From an uncultured Planctomycetota bacterium (GTDB taxonomy: Bacteria; Planctomycetota; PLA2; JAEUHO01), in the NCBI GenBank assembly GCA_963752285.1, contig CAVVXN010000005.1, forward strand, positions 704,001 to 768,000: 64,000 nucleotides of DNA. The letters are read 5' to 3'. Made by a program: the position numbers and the translations under genes. The stretch's first letter is position 1, and every line of letters starts with the position of its first letter. The notes below the pieces were generated by a model. That model had not been told where the DNA came from and ran no database searches. It was given only the letters and a program-made list of their open reading frames with translations. This document shows, piece by piece, positions 32,466 through 40,721 of the stretch.

Positions 32466-33374
32466 TCAGTTGGGGGCGGCGAACCGGCTCGCGTCCACCC
32501 CGATGTTGATCTTGATGTCCTGCACGGTGGCCGAGAGGAAGGGCGTCGGCGACGGACGGCCGTCCGGGCCGGTCAGCAGCGCGTAGCCGTAGATCGTGCG
32601 CGGGTAGCGGAACTCGCGGTTCTGCTGCGATCGCGCGTCGTCCCAGTCCTTGAGGATGTAGTCCTCGGTCGGGTCGCCCTTCGTGCGGTCGCCCTCGACG
32701 CGGACGATGCCCGGCCAGGTCGCGACGTCCTCGCCCGTCTTCGGGTCCGTCTCGTACGCGATCCAGAACGTGATGTTGCTCCGACCCGCCACCTTCCGCA
32801 CGACCTTGAGCCAGTTGCCGGCGTACACCGTGTTCGGCGTGCCCGTCGTCTTCTTCTCGAACACGAACGTGGTGCCGGGGCCCTTCAACGTCTGGGGGGC
32901 GAGGAACGTGGCGATGTCGCCCAGGCGGTCGCGGTCGTCCTGGAGCTGCGTGATGGAGCGGCGACCCTCCGCCGAGAGCACGAGGTTCTGCACCCGGCCG
33001 TCCGGCAGCCGGATCCACGCCGTCGTCCCGTTCAGGATCTTCGTCGTGGTCGCGTTGTTCGTGGTGAGCTCCATCCGGTAGTTGCCGGGCTCCTGGAGCC
33101 AGAGACGCATCTCGCCGGTCGCCTGGTTCGCGTCGAGCTTCAGCCACGCGTCGAGCTTCGTGTAGAAGTCTCGGATGGAGGGGATGCCCTGCTGGCCGCG
33201 GGCGACGTACCGGACCATCTGGTCGAAGTACCGGGTTCCGAGGACGACCGACTGGTCGGCGGGCTGAGGAGCGGCCGGCGGGGCCACGACGGGGCCGCCT
33301 TCCGCACGGGCGGGGGCCCGGCCCGTCAGGAGGAGGGCGAGGCCGAACAGCGGGACGATCAGGCGCGTACGCAT
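32466..33374 (-). CDS. Hypothetical exported protein, possibly LolA-like beta-rich fold
   Basis: Signal peptide; LWLQEPGNYRMEL...ILNGTTAWI pattern; TATGAT upstream. Confidence 0.65.
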   Translation of the reverse strand: MRTRLIVPLFGLALLLTGRAPARAEGGPVVAPPAAPQPADQSVVLGTRYFDQMVRYVARGQQGIPSIRDFYTKLDAWLKLDANQATGEMRLWLQEPGNYRMELTTNNATTTKILNGTTAWIRLPDGRVQNLVLSAEGRRSITQLQDDRDRLGDIATFLAPQTLKGPGTTFVFEKKTTGTPNTVYAGNWLKVVRKVAGRSNITFWIAYETDPKTGEDVATWPGIVRVEGDRTKGDPTEDYILKDWDDARSQQNREFRYPRTIYGYALLTGPDGRPSPTPFLSATVQDIKINIGVDASRFAAPN

Positions 33375-33555
33375 CTTCCGTGTGCTCCCTGGGCCGCGCG
33401 GGCCCGAACCGCCGATCATAGGGGCGGAGCCGCGGGGCGGGGTCCAGGAGGGCCCCCGGGTGGGGGCCTCCGGGTTGGACGGGCCGGGCGCGGGGTGGGA
33501 TGCTCCCCGCCCGACCGAGGGGGGACCCTGCCCGGTCGGGGGAGGCGAGCGCCCC

Positions 33556-34860
33556 GTGCACCCGGTCGATCGGCCCCTCACCCGCGGCCTCGCGCCCGGC
33601 GTGACGCTCCACGTGCTGCCGACGCGGCGGTTCACGACCGCGTGGTGCCGGGTGGCGCTGCCCCGACGCCCGGGCCGGGACGTCAGCGGGACCTCGCTCC
33701 TCGCGAGTGTGCTCGAGGCGGCGACGGAACGCCACCCGACCCGCGAGGCGCTCGCGTGGGCGCTCGCCGACCTCGGCGGGGCGACGCTCGGCGTCTCCGT
33801 CGGCCGGCTCGGGGACGCCCACGTCCTCTCCGCCTCGCTCGAGTGGCCCCTCGCGGGCCTCGGCCGGAGGGAGGACCTCCTCGGGAAGGGCCTCCGACTC
33901 CTCGGCGACGTCCTCGCCCGCCCGAAGCGGGAGCGGCCCGGCCGGGACGACCTCGACGAAGGGATCGTCTCGACCGAGCGCCAGAACCTCGCGCAGAGCC
34001 TCGCCGCGGTCCGCGACGACAAGGCGCGCTACGCGCTCCGGCGACTCCTGGAGACCGCCTGCGAGGGCGAGCCGTACGCGACCGACGCGCTCGGGCGGAC
34101 CGAGGACCTCCCGGGGATCGACCCGCGGGGACTCTCGCGCCTGCACGCGAGGCTACTCGCGAGGAGCCCGGTCGTCGTGTTCCTCGCGGGCGACGTCGAT
34201 CCGGCCGCCGCCGTGCGTTCCGTGCGGCGTCACCTCCTCTGGCCCCGCCGCGCGGCGGGCGTGCGCCGCTTCCCACGCGCCGCCGCCGTACGCCGCGCCC
34301 GCGCGGTCCCGCGCCGCGTGGTCGAGCGCGACACCGTCCAGCAGACGCGCCTCGCGCTCGCCTGGCGGGCGCCGGTCGGTCCGCGCTCGCCGCTGCTCCC
34401 CGCGGCGGTCGTGCTGGCCGGCGTGCTCGGCGGCGGGTCGTTCTCGCGTCTCTTCAAGGTCGTGCGCGAGACGGACGGCCTGTGCTACGACGCGTCGGCG
34501 GCCTGGCACGCGGCGAAGGGGCTCCTCACGGTCGAAGCGGGCGTGGACGAGGCGGAGAGGGCCCGCGCGGTCCGGCGGGTGCGGTCCCTCGTCGCCGAGG
34601 TCGCCGCGGGACGGCTCGACGCGCGGTCCCTCCACGGGTTCGCGGAGGCGGTGCGGAGCCGGTTCGAGGCGCTCGGAGACGACCGGGCCTCGATCGCCGC
34701 CTGGTCGCTCGACGCGCTCCTGCTGGGGATCGATCCGGACCCGGAGGCCTATCGCCGGCGTCTCGCCGCCGTGGACGCTCGTGCGGTCCGGGCCGTGGGC
34801 CGGCGCCTCGGCGCCGAGGCGAGCTACGCGCTCGCGCCCCGGCCGGGGAGGCGGCCGTGA
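33556..34860 (+). CDS. M16-family peptidase, non-catalytic subunit (YmfF-like)
   Basis: GGAGG RBS; no HxxEH motif; LGGGSFSRLFKVVRETDGLCY. Confidence 0.82.
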   Translation: MHPVDRPLTRGLAPGVTLHVLPTRRFTTAWCRVALPRRPGRDVSGTSLLASVLEAATERHPTREALAWALADLGGATLGVSVGRLGDAHVLSASLEWPLAGLGRREDLLGKGLRLLGDVLARPKRERPGRDDLDEGIVSTERQNLAQSLAAVRDDKARYALRRLLETACEGEPYATDALGRTEDLPGIDPRGLSRLHARLLARSPVVVFLAGDVDPAAAVRSVRRHLLWPRRAAGVRRFPRAAAVRRARAVPRRVVERDTVQQTRLALAWRAPVGPRSPLLPAAVVLAGVLGGGSFSRLFKVVRETDGLCYDASAAWHAAKGLLTVEAGVDEAERARAVRRVRSLVAEVAAGRLDARSLHGFAEAVRSRFEALGDDRASIAAWSLDALLLGIDPDPEAYRRRLAAVDARAVRAVGRRLGAEASYALAPRPGRRP

Positions 34861-36176
34861 GCCGCCCCCTCGCCGAGCGCCCGGTGGTCGAGGTCGCGCC
34901 GGTCACGGGACACGAGGTGGTCCGGGCGCGGACGCGCTCCGGGGCGGAGGTCGTCGTCGTCGTCATGCCCGGCTTCTCCTCCGCCTTCGCGGTGCTCGCG
35001 ACGCGGTTCGGATCGATCGACGACCGGCTGCCCGACGGGCGGAGGCTGCCGGCCGGCACCGCGCACTTCCTCGAGCACGTGATGTTCCAGAAGGAGACGG
35101 GCGACCTCTTCGACGTGTTCGAGGCGCGCGGCGCGGCGTCGAACGCCTACACGACGTTCCACCACACGGCCTACCTCTTCGCGTGTACGCACGACCTCGA
35201 CGAGAACCTCGCGACCCTCCTCGAGTCGGTGGCGCGGCTCGAGGTCGATGCGCCGCGGATCGAACGCGAGCGCGCGATCATCGGACAGGAGATCGCGCTC
35301 TACGCGGACGACGCCGCGTGGCGCGCGGCGTTCGGCCTCTACCGGGCGCTCTACCGGGCCCACCCCGTGCGGGACGACATCGTCGGGGACCGCGCGTCGG
35401 TCGCGCGGATCCGAAGGCCCCTCCTCCAAGCCGCACACGCGGCGTACTACGCGCCCGGGAACCTGGTGCTCGCCGTCGCGGGCGACGTGGACCCGGGCCG
35501 CGTGATCGTGGCGGCCGAGAGACGCCTCGGCCCGGCCCGCGGGCGCGCGCGGCGCGCGCCCCGGCGCGCGGCCGAGCCGGCCGCGGTCGCCCGCGCCGAG
35601 GTCCGCGCCCGGCTTCCCGTGGGGCGTACGCACGTCGTCCTGGGACTCAAGGACCGGCCGCGTGCGAACGGCCCGGCCCGGATCCGCCGGCATGTGGAGA
35701 CCGCGCTCGTCCTCGACCTGCTCTTCGGCGACGGTGGGCGGGTCGAGGCTCCGCTCTACCGCGAGGGCGTGGTGGACGACAGCCTCTCCGCGATCTACGA
35801 GGACGAGATCGACTTCGCGCACGTGGTCGTGAGCGCGGAGGTGGACGACGAAGCGCGTTACCGGGCCCGGCTCCTCCGTGCGCTCGACGAGGCGGGCGCC
35901 CGGCCGTTCGGGCGGGACGAGCTCGACCGGGTCCGCCGCCGCGCCCGCGGGCGGTTCCTGCGGACCTTCAACGCGCCCGAGAGCGCCGCCTACTGGGCAC
36001 TCGGCCACGCGCTCGACCGGGCGCCCCTCGGCGCACGCGTCGGCGCGCTCGACCGCGCCGCTCCCGCGGCGCTCGACCGTCGGCTCGCGACCCTGCTCCG
36101 GCTGCCGCGGGCGTGGTCGATCGTGACCCCCCCCGTTGAGGCGACCGGTCGCCGACGTAGAATCCCGGTCCGATGA
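34857..36176 (+). CDS. M16-family zinc peptidase (YmfH-like)
   Basis: TRFGSID, GTAHFLEHVMF, SNAYTTF, ERAIIGQEI, YYAPGN; GTGA overlap. Confidence 0.88.
   Translation: MSRPLAERPVVEVAPVTGHEVVRARTRSGAEVVVVVMPGFSSAFAVLATRFGSIDDRLPDGRRLPAGTAHFLEHVMFQKETGDLFDVFEARGAASNAYTTFHHTAYLFACTHDLDENLATLLESVARLEVDAPRIERERAIIGQEIALYADDAAWRAAFGLYRALYRAHPVRDDIVGDRASVARIRRPLLQAAHAAYYAPGNLVLAVAGDVDPGRVIVAAERRLGPARGRARRAPRRAAEPAAVARAEVRARLPVGRTHVVLGLKDRPRANGPARIRRHVETALVLDLLFGDGGRVEAPLYREGVVDDSLSAIYEDEIDFAHVVVSAEVDDEARYRARLLRALDEAGARPFGRDELDRVRRRARGRFLRTFNAPESAAYWALGHALDRAPLGARVGALDRAAPAALDRRLATLLRLPRAWSIVTPPVEATGRRRRIPVR
36136..36163 (+). promoter_or_regulatory. sigma70-type promoter of the WYL gene (TTGAGG-N16-TAGAAT)
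   Basis: TTGAGG 36136-36141, TAGAAT 36158-36163, ATG 9 nt downstream. Confidence 0.5.
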
Positions 36177-37273
36177 CCACCATCGCGCGCGATCGCATCC
36201 GTCGCTGCCTCGCCATGATCCCGTTGATCCGTGCGCGGCCCGGGATCCGCATCCCCGACCTGGCGTCGATCTTCGGGGTCCGCGAGGAGGAGGTCTGGGA
36301 GGACATCACGGAGGTCCTGACGCTCTGCGGCGTTCCCCCGTACCTCCCGCACAACTACCTGGTCTTCTCCATCCACGGCGATCGGGTGCGCATCCACTTC
36401 GCGGAGCACCTCTCCCGACCGGTGCACCTCACCCTGCAGGAGGCGCTGGCGATCGACCTGGCCCTGCGCAGCGTCTCGGGCGGACGTCCGCCGGCGTTCG
36501 GCGACGCCGCGCCGCGCCTGCGGGCGAAGCTGGCCCAGCTCCTGGGCGGGCGGGAGCGGGCCGCGCTCGAGCGGTTCGACCGGTCGCTCGCGGGCGCGCC
36601 GCCCTCCGACCTGGTCACGGACACGATCGGGGTGCTGAAGGAGGCGATGGCCCGGAACGTCTCGGTGGAGATCGAGTACTACACGGCCTCCCGGGACCGG
36701 GAGTCCACCCGGACGATCGACCCGTACGGCCTCGTGGACCACCGAGGGAACTGGTACGTCGTGGCCCGGGACCACCTGCGCGCGCGGGAGCTGCCCTTCC
36801 GCGTGGATCGGATCCGCGCGGCACGGATCCTGCCCGGCGCGGGGTACGAGGTCCCCGACACCTTCACCACGGAGGACTTCCGCCGGGACGAGATGTGGCG
36901 GGAGGGGCCCGAGGACATCGTGGTCAAGGTGCGGTTCGCCGCGCCCGTGGCCGCCCGGGTGCGGGAGGAGGCGGCACGCCGCGACGTGAAGGACGGCCCC
37001 GAGGGGAGCGTGATCCGGTCGTTCCGGATCCAGCGCGGACGGCCGCGCTGGCTCTTCACCCACGTGGCGCGCTACGGGCCCGCGGCGGAGGTCCTGGAGC
37101 CGCCCGAGGTCCGGCGGGGCATGGCGACCTTCCTGGACGCGGTGCGTCGGTCGTCCGGCGAGGCGCGCGAGGAGGCGGGATCCGTGGAGCCGCGGATCCG
37201 CCCGACGGCGACCGCGGCGGCGCGGAGCCGACCGAGCCGACCGAGAACCCGCCGGAAGCCGCGCTCCTCCTGA
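36173..37273 (+). CDS. HTH-WYL-WCX transcriptional regulator, PafC-like
   Basis: N-terminus RIRRCLAMIPLI...DLASIFGV...LCGVPPY...LSRPVHLTLQEA resembles PafC; WYL domain YYTASRD...RTIDPY...WYV...FRVDRI; C-terminal YGPAAEVLEP. Confidence 0.85.
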   Translation: MTTIARDRIRRCLAMIPLIRARPGIRIPDLASIFGVREEEVWEDITEVLTLCGVPPYLPHNYLVFSIHGDRVRIHFAEHLSRPVHLTLQEALAIDLALRSVSGGRPPAFGDAAPRLRAKLAQLLGGRERAALERFDRSLAGAPPSDLVTDTIGVLKEAMARNVSVEIEYYTASRDRESTRTIDPYGLVDHRGNWYVVARDHLRARELPFRVDRIRAARILPGAGYEVPDTFTTEDFRRDEMWREGPEDIVVKVRFAAPVAARVREEAARRDVKDGPEGSVIRSFRIQRGRPRWLFTHVARYGPAAEVLEPPEVRRGMATFLDAVRRSSGEAREEAGSVEPRIRPTATAAARSRPSRPRTRRKPRSS

Positions 37274-37410
37274 TCGCGTCCGATCACTGGCCGATGGCGA
37301 GCGGATGGGGGCCCCGGTATCATCCGGACCAGCGGCCCCGGCGGCTACGGCTCCGGCGGGTGGCCGGGGGCGCGGGGTCTCTGCGACTGGGACGCGGAGG
37401 AGGTTGCGCC

Positions 37411-40400
37411 ATGGGCACGGGCGGGCTCCGACGGCTTCGGGCCGTGGGGCGGGGATCGGTCCTCGCCCTTTTCCTCCTCTCGACCGCTCGGACGGGGGTC
37501 GGCGCCGACGATGCGGCGTCGAAGGGTCCCGTCTGGACGCCGTACCACGCGGGACTCGAGTCCACCGGGATCTCCTCGCTCCGCATCCAGGGCCGGAACG
37601 CGGACGAGATGTTCGCCTTCGTGCACGGGCTCGGGATCGCGAGGTCCAAGGACGAGGGTCAGACCTGGGAGGTGATCCAGGAGGGGATCGACCCGAAGCA
37701 CGTCCCGGGACCGCGCGACCCCGTCGAGATCACGCTCGACTCCAAGGAAGACAAGCTCGTCTGGGTGGTGACGAAGGGCAACGTGTACTTCTCGGAGGAC
37801 GGCGGGGAGCACTGGCAGAACCGGTCGAGCGGCGCGCTCGTCTCCCGGTCCTGGGACCGGCGAGAGAGCGAGATGCTGATCCGCGGGGTCGCCGTGGACC
37901 CGAAGAAGAGCCTGCACGTCCTCGCGGGCACGCGCACCGGCGGGCGGATGCGCGGCGGTCTCTTCGAGACGAGCGACGGCGGCAAGACGTGGGAGCAGAT
38001 CGCGGGCGACGACGTGCAGAAGAGCGAGCTCGGATGCGACGCGTGGCCGATCGTGCTCGATCCGCGGACGGACAAGAACGTCGGCGTGGGGGGGGAGCGG
38101 GGCTTCTGGTTCAGCGACGACCGCGGTCGTCACTTCAAGCCGGCCGACATCGGCGACGTCGGCATCCATGTGGTCCACTCCGTGACCGAGCTCACGTCCC
38201 GGAGCAAGGAGCTCGTCCTGTGCGATGCGCGCGGCCTGTGGAAGTCGCGCGACGGTGGCAAGCACTGGGACAAGAAGCCCGTGCTCGAGGGGGATTGCCA
38301 GTTCGCCGCGCAGTCGCCGTGGAGCCGCAGCCTCGTGTTCGCCGTCCTCCGCGGCCGGGGCCTCGTGTCGAGCGAGGACGGGCGAAACGCGAAGTGGGAC
38401 TCGCGCGGCAACGAGGAGCTCGAGATTCGCGAGATCCTCTTCGACCCGCGCGACAAGGACCGGATCTTCTTCGCCAGCCCCTCGACCGGACTCTACGTGT
38501 CGAAGGACGACGGCGTGTCGATCGCACCCGTGAAGGGGAACGCGCCCGTCGTCGTCCCGGCTGTCGTCGCGGTCGCGCACCACCCGACGGACGTGGACCA
38601 CCTCCTCGCGGCGACGGACCAGGGTGTGCTGTTCGTCTCGGGCGACCGGGGCGAGTCGTGGAAGCGCGCCGGGCGCCTCGGGATGGTGCCCACGCGGCTC
38701 CTCGGCCTCCCGGCGTCCGACTCGACGTGGCTCGCGGCGGGCCGCCGGCTGCTCCGGAGCCCCGACCACGGGGCCACGTGGGAGAAGCTGTACGAGCCGG
38801 AGGACCCCGAGGAGCGCGTCGTGGACGTCGCCCGCGTCGGCGACGGGGGCCTCGCGATCCTGCTCGAGCGGTCTCGTACGGTCCTCGCGAGCAAGGACGG
38901 CGGGCGCACGTGGGAGACCTCGAAGCCGCCGACGAAGACGGCCGACGCGTGGGCGAGCTCCCTCGCGGTGGACGGCACGAATCCCGCGCACCTGCTGATG
39001 GCCACGCGAACCCTGGCGGACTCCTGGACGGGCAAGGACCACGAGGGCGGCCCGTTCGAGTCGTGGGACGGCGGCAAGACCTGGAAGCCGATCGCGGAGG
39101 GGCTCCTGTCCGTGAAGGAGCCGAAGCGGGACTGGAACCGCGGGCGCCTCGCGCTGATCGACCGCACGGCGGGGGTGATGCTCTACGCAGCCGACGGCCT
39201 GGGGCTCTTCGCACGGTCCATCGTCCCGCCCGACGACAAGTCGGCCGAGGCGGCGGGCTGGGTGGACGTGAGTCCGTCCCTGCCGCACTCCGTCGTGGAC
39301 GCGTGGACGGTGCTCGCCCCCGAGCAGGCCGGAGGGCCGGGCGAGCTGGTCCTCCAGGTGGACGGCGAGAACGAGACACGGCTCATCGCGCGCGCGAGCC
39401 TCGCGCGACTGGCGGCGCGGGCGAGCGGACAGGAGGCGGCCGCGACGCCCGGGGCCCCGGCGCTCTGGACGTCGATGCCCGACCCCGGGACGCGGCTGGC
39501 CTGCCTCGACGCGGACCCGCACCTCCACGGGCGCCTCGTCGGGGCCGACGCCGTCGGAACGGCGGGCGTGCTCGTGTTCGGGGTTCCGGGGCAGCGTCCC
39601 GCGGAGGAGGAGAAGCCGAGCGGCGCCGCGACGCCGGTCCCCGGCCCGTCCCAACCCGCGCACAAGCCCCCGCCGAGCGGCCTCCTCGCCTTCACGGCGG
39701 GGAGCGACGGTCAGGTCCGTGTGTGGAACCTGGCCGAGGGCAAGGTCTTGAAGAGCCTCAACGGGCACACCGACGAGGTGTACGCCGTGGCGCTCGCGCC
39801 CGACGAGAGCGTGGTCGCGACGGGCGGGGCCGACAAGTCGGTGCGCGTCTGGGACGCGGCGGACGGTAAGGAGCGGCAGACCCTCGATCCCAAGGAGTAC
39901 GACGCGAAGGTGAACGCCCTCGCGTTCGCACCCGACTCGAAGACGCTCTACGTGGCGATGGAGGAGAGCTGGGCGATCGTCCAGTGGAACCTCGAGACGC
40001 AGGAGCGCCACGCGCTCGAGGGGCACACGGCCGGCGTGCTCGCGTTGGCCCTCACGCCCGACGGGTCGCGCCTCGTCTCGGCGGGGCGTGACCGGACGAT
40101 CCGGGTCTGGGACCCGGCGGATCCCGCGTCGTCGCGGCGGATCGACGCGGGCATCGAGGTGCTGTGCCTCGCCGTCTCGCCGGACGGGAAGCGCGTCTAC
40201 GCCGGAGGGCGCGGTGCCTCGGTGCGCGTTTTCGACCTGGCGGAGGCCAAGCAGGTGGGCGCCGCCGAGGTCATGGGCGAGTACGTGAGCGACCTCGCGC
40301 TCGACCCGGAGGGCAAGCGGCTCTACGTCGCGGGCGACAAGGGCCTCGCGGCGGTAGACGCCGCGACCCTCGCGCCGGTGGAGGGGCCGGCCGCGGGACG

Positions 40401-40683
40401 GTACGAGGGTCCGTCGAAGGCGGTCTTCTCCGTGGCCGTCACGCAGGACGGGGGCTGGGTGGTCGCGGGGGACAGCGAGAGCGGCCTCTGGCTCTGGGCC
40501 ACGGACGAGGCGAAGCCGTACTGGTCGTCCACGACGGCCCACGCCGGGTCGATCCACGACGTGGTGCTCACGCCGGACGTGGCGCAGGCGAAGCCCGGCG
40601 AGGGCGGCGCCCCCGCCCCGGCGCCGCCGGACGGCGACCCGCCCGTGCCGCCTTCCGACGTCCCGTCGCCCGGCGGAAGCTAG
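37411..40683 (+). CDS. Exported Asp-box (BNR/VPS10-like) beta-propeller protein with a C-terminal WD40 domain
   Basis: GGAGGAGG RBS, signal peptide, about ten SxDxGxxW boxes, then GH...WD/WN repeats. Confidence 0.85.
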   Translation: MGTGGLRRLRAVGRGSVLALFLLSTARTGVGADDAASKGPVWTPYHAGLESTGISSLRIQGRNADEMFAFVHGLGIARSKDEGQTWEVIQEGIDPKHVPGPRDPVEITLDSKEDKLVWVVTKGNVYFSEDGGEHWQNRSSGALVSRSWDRRESEMLIRGVAVDPKKSLHVLAGTRTGGRMRGGLFETSDGGKTWEQIAGDDVQKSELGCDAWPIVLDPRTDKNVGVGGERGFWFSDDRGRHFKPADIGDVGIHVVHSVTELTSRSKELVLCDARGLWKSRDGGKHWDKKPVLEGDCQFAAQSPWSRSLVFAVLRGRGLVSSEDGRNAKWDSRGNEELEIREILFDPRDKDRIFFASPSTGLYVSKDDGVSIAPVKGNAPVVVPAVVAVAHHPTDVDHLLAATDQGVLFVSGDRGESWKRAGRLGMVPTRLLGLPASDSTWLAAGRRLLRSPDHGATWEKLYEPEDPEERVVDVARVGDGGLAILLERSRTVLASKDGGRTWETSKPPTKTADAWASSLAVDGTNPAHLLMATRTLADSWTGKDHEGGPFESWDGGKTWKPIAEGLLSVKEPKRDWNRGRLALIDRTAGVMLYAADGLGLFARSIVPPDDKSAEAAGWVDVSPSLPHSVVDAWTVLAPEQAGGPGELVLQVDGENETRLIARASLARLAARASGQEAAATPGAPALWTSMPDPGTRLACLDADPHLHGRLVGADAVGTAGVLVFGVPGQRPAEEEKPSGAATPVPGPSQPAHKPPPSGLLAFTAGSDGQVRVWNLAEGKVLKSLNGHTDEVYAVALAPDESVVATGGADKSVRVWDAADGKERQTLDPKEYDAKVNALAFAPDSKTLYVAMEESWAIVQWNLETQERHALEGHTAGVLALALTPDGSRLVSAGRDRTIRVWDPADPASSRRIDAGIEVLCLAVSPDGKRVYAGGRGASVRVFDLAEAKQVGAAEVMGEYVSDLALDPEGKRLYVAGDKGLAAVDAATLAPVEGPAAGRYEGPSKAVFSVAVTQDGGWVVAGDSESGLWLWATDEAKPYWSSTTAHAGSIHDVVLTPDVAQAKPGEGGAPAPAPPDGDPPVPPSDVPSPGGS

Positions 40684-40721
40684 GGCCCCAACGCTCCGTT
40701 CCCACCCCCGCGCCGGACGCG

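Noticed and set aside
36127..36134. Homopolymer runs (C8 here; G7 at 21602 and 29479) as phase-variation sites
   Set aside because: Reading frames look intact across them, unlike the G7 at 10341
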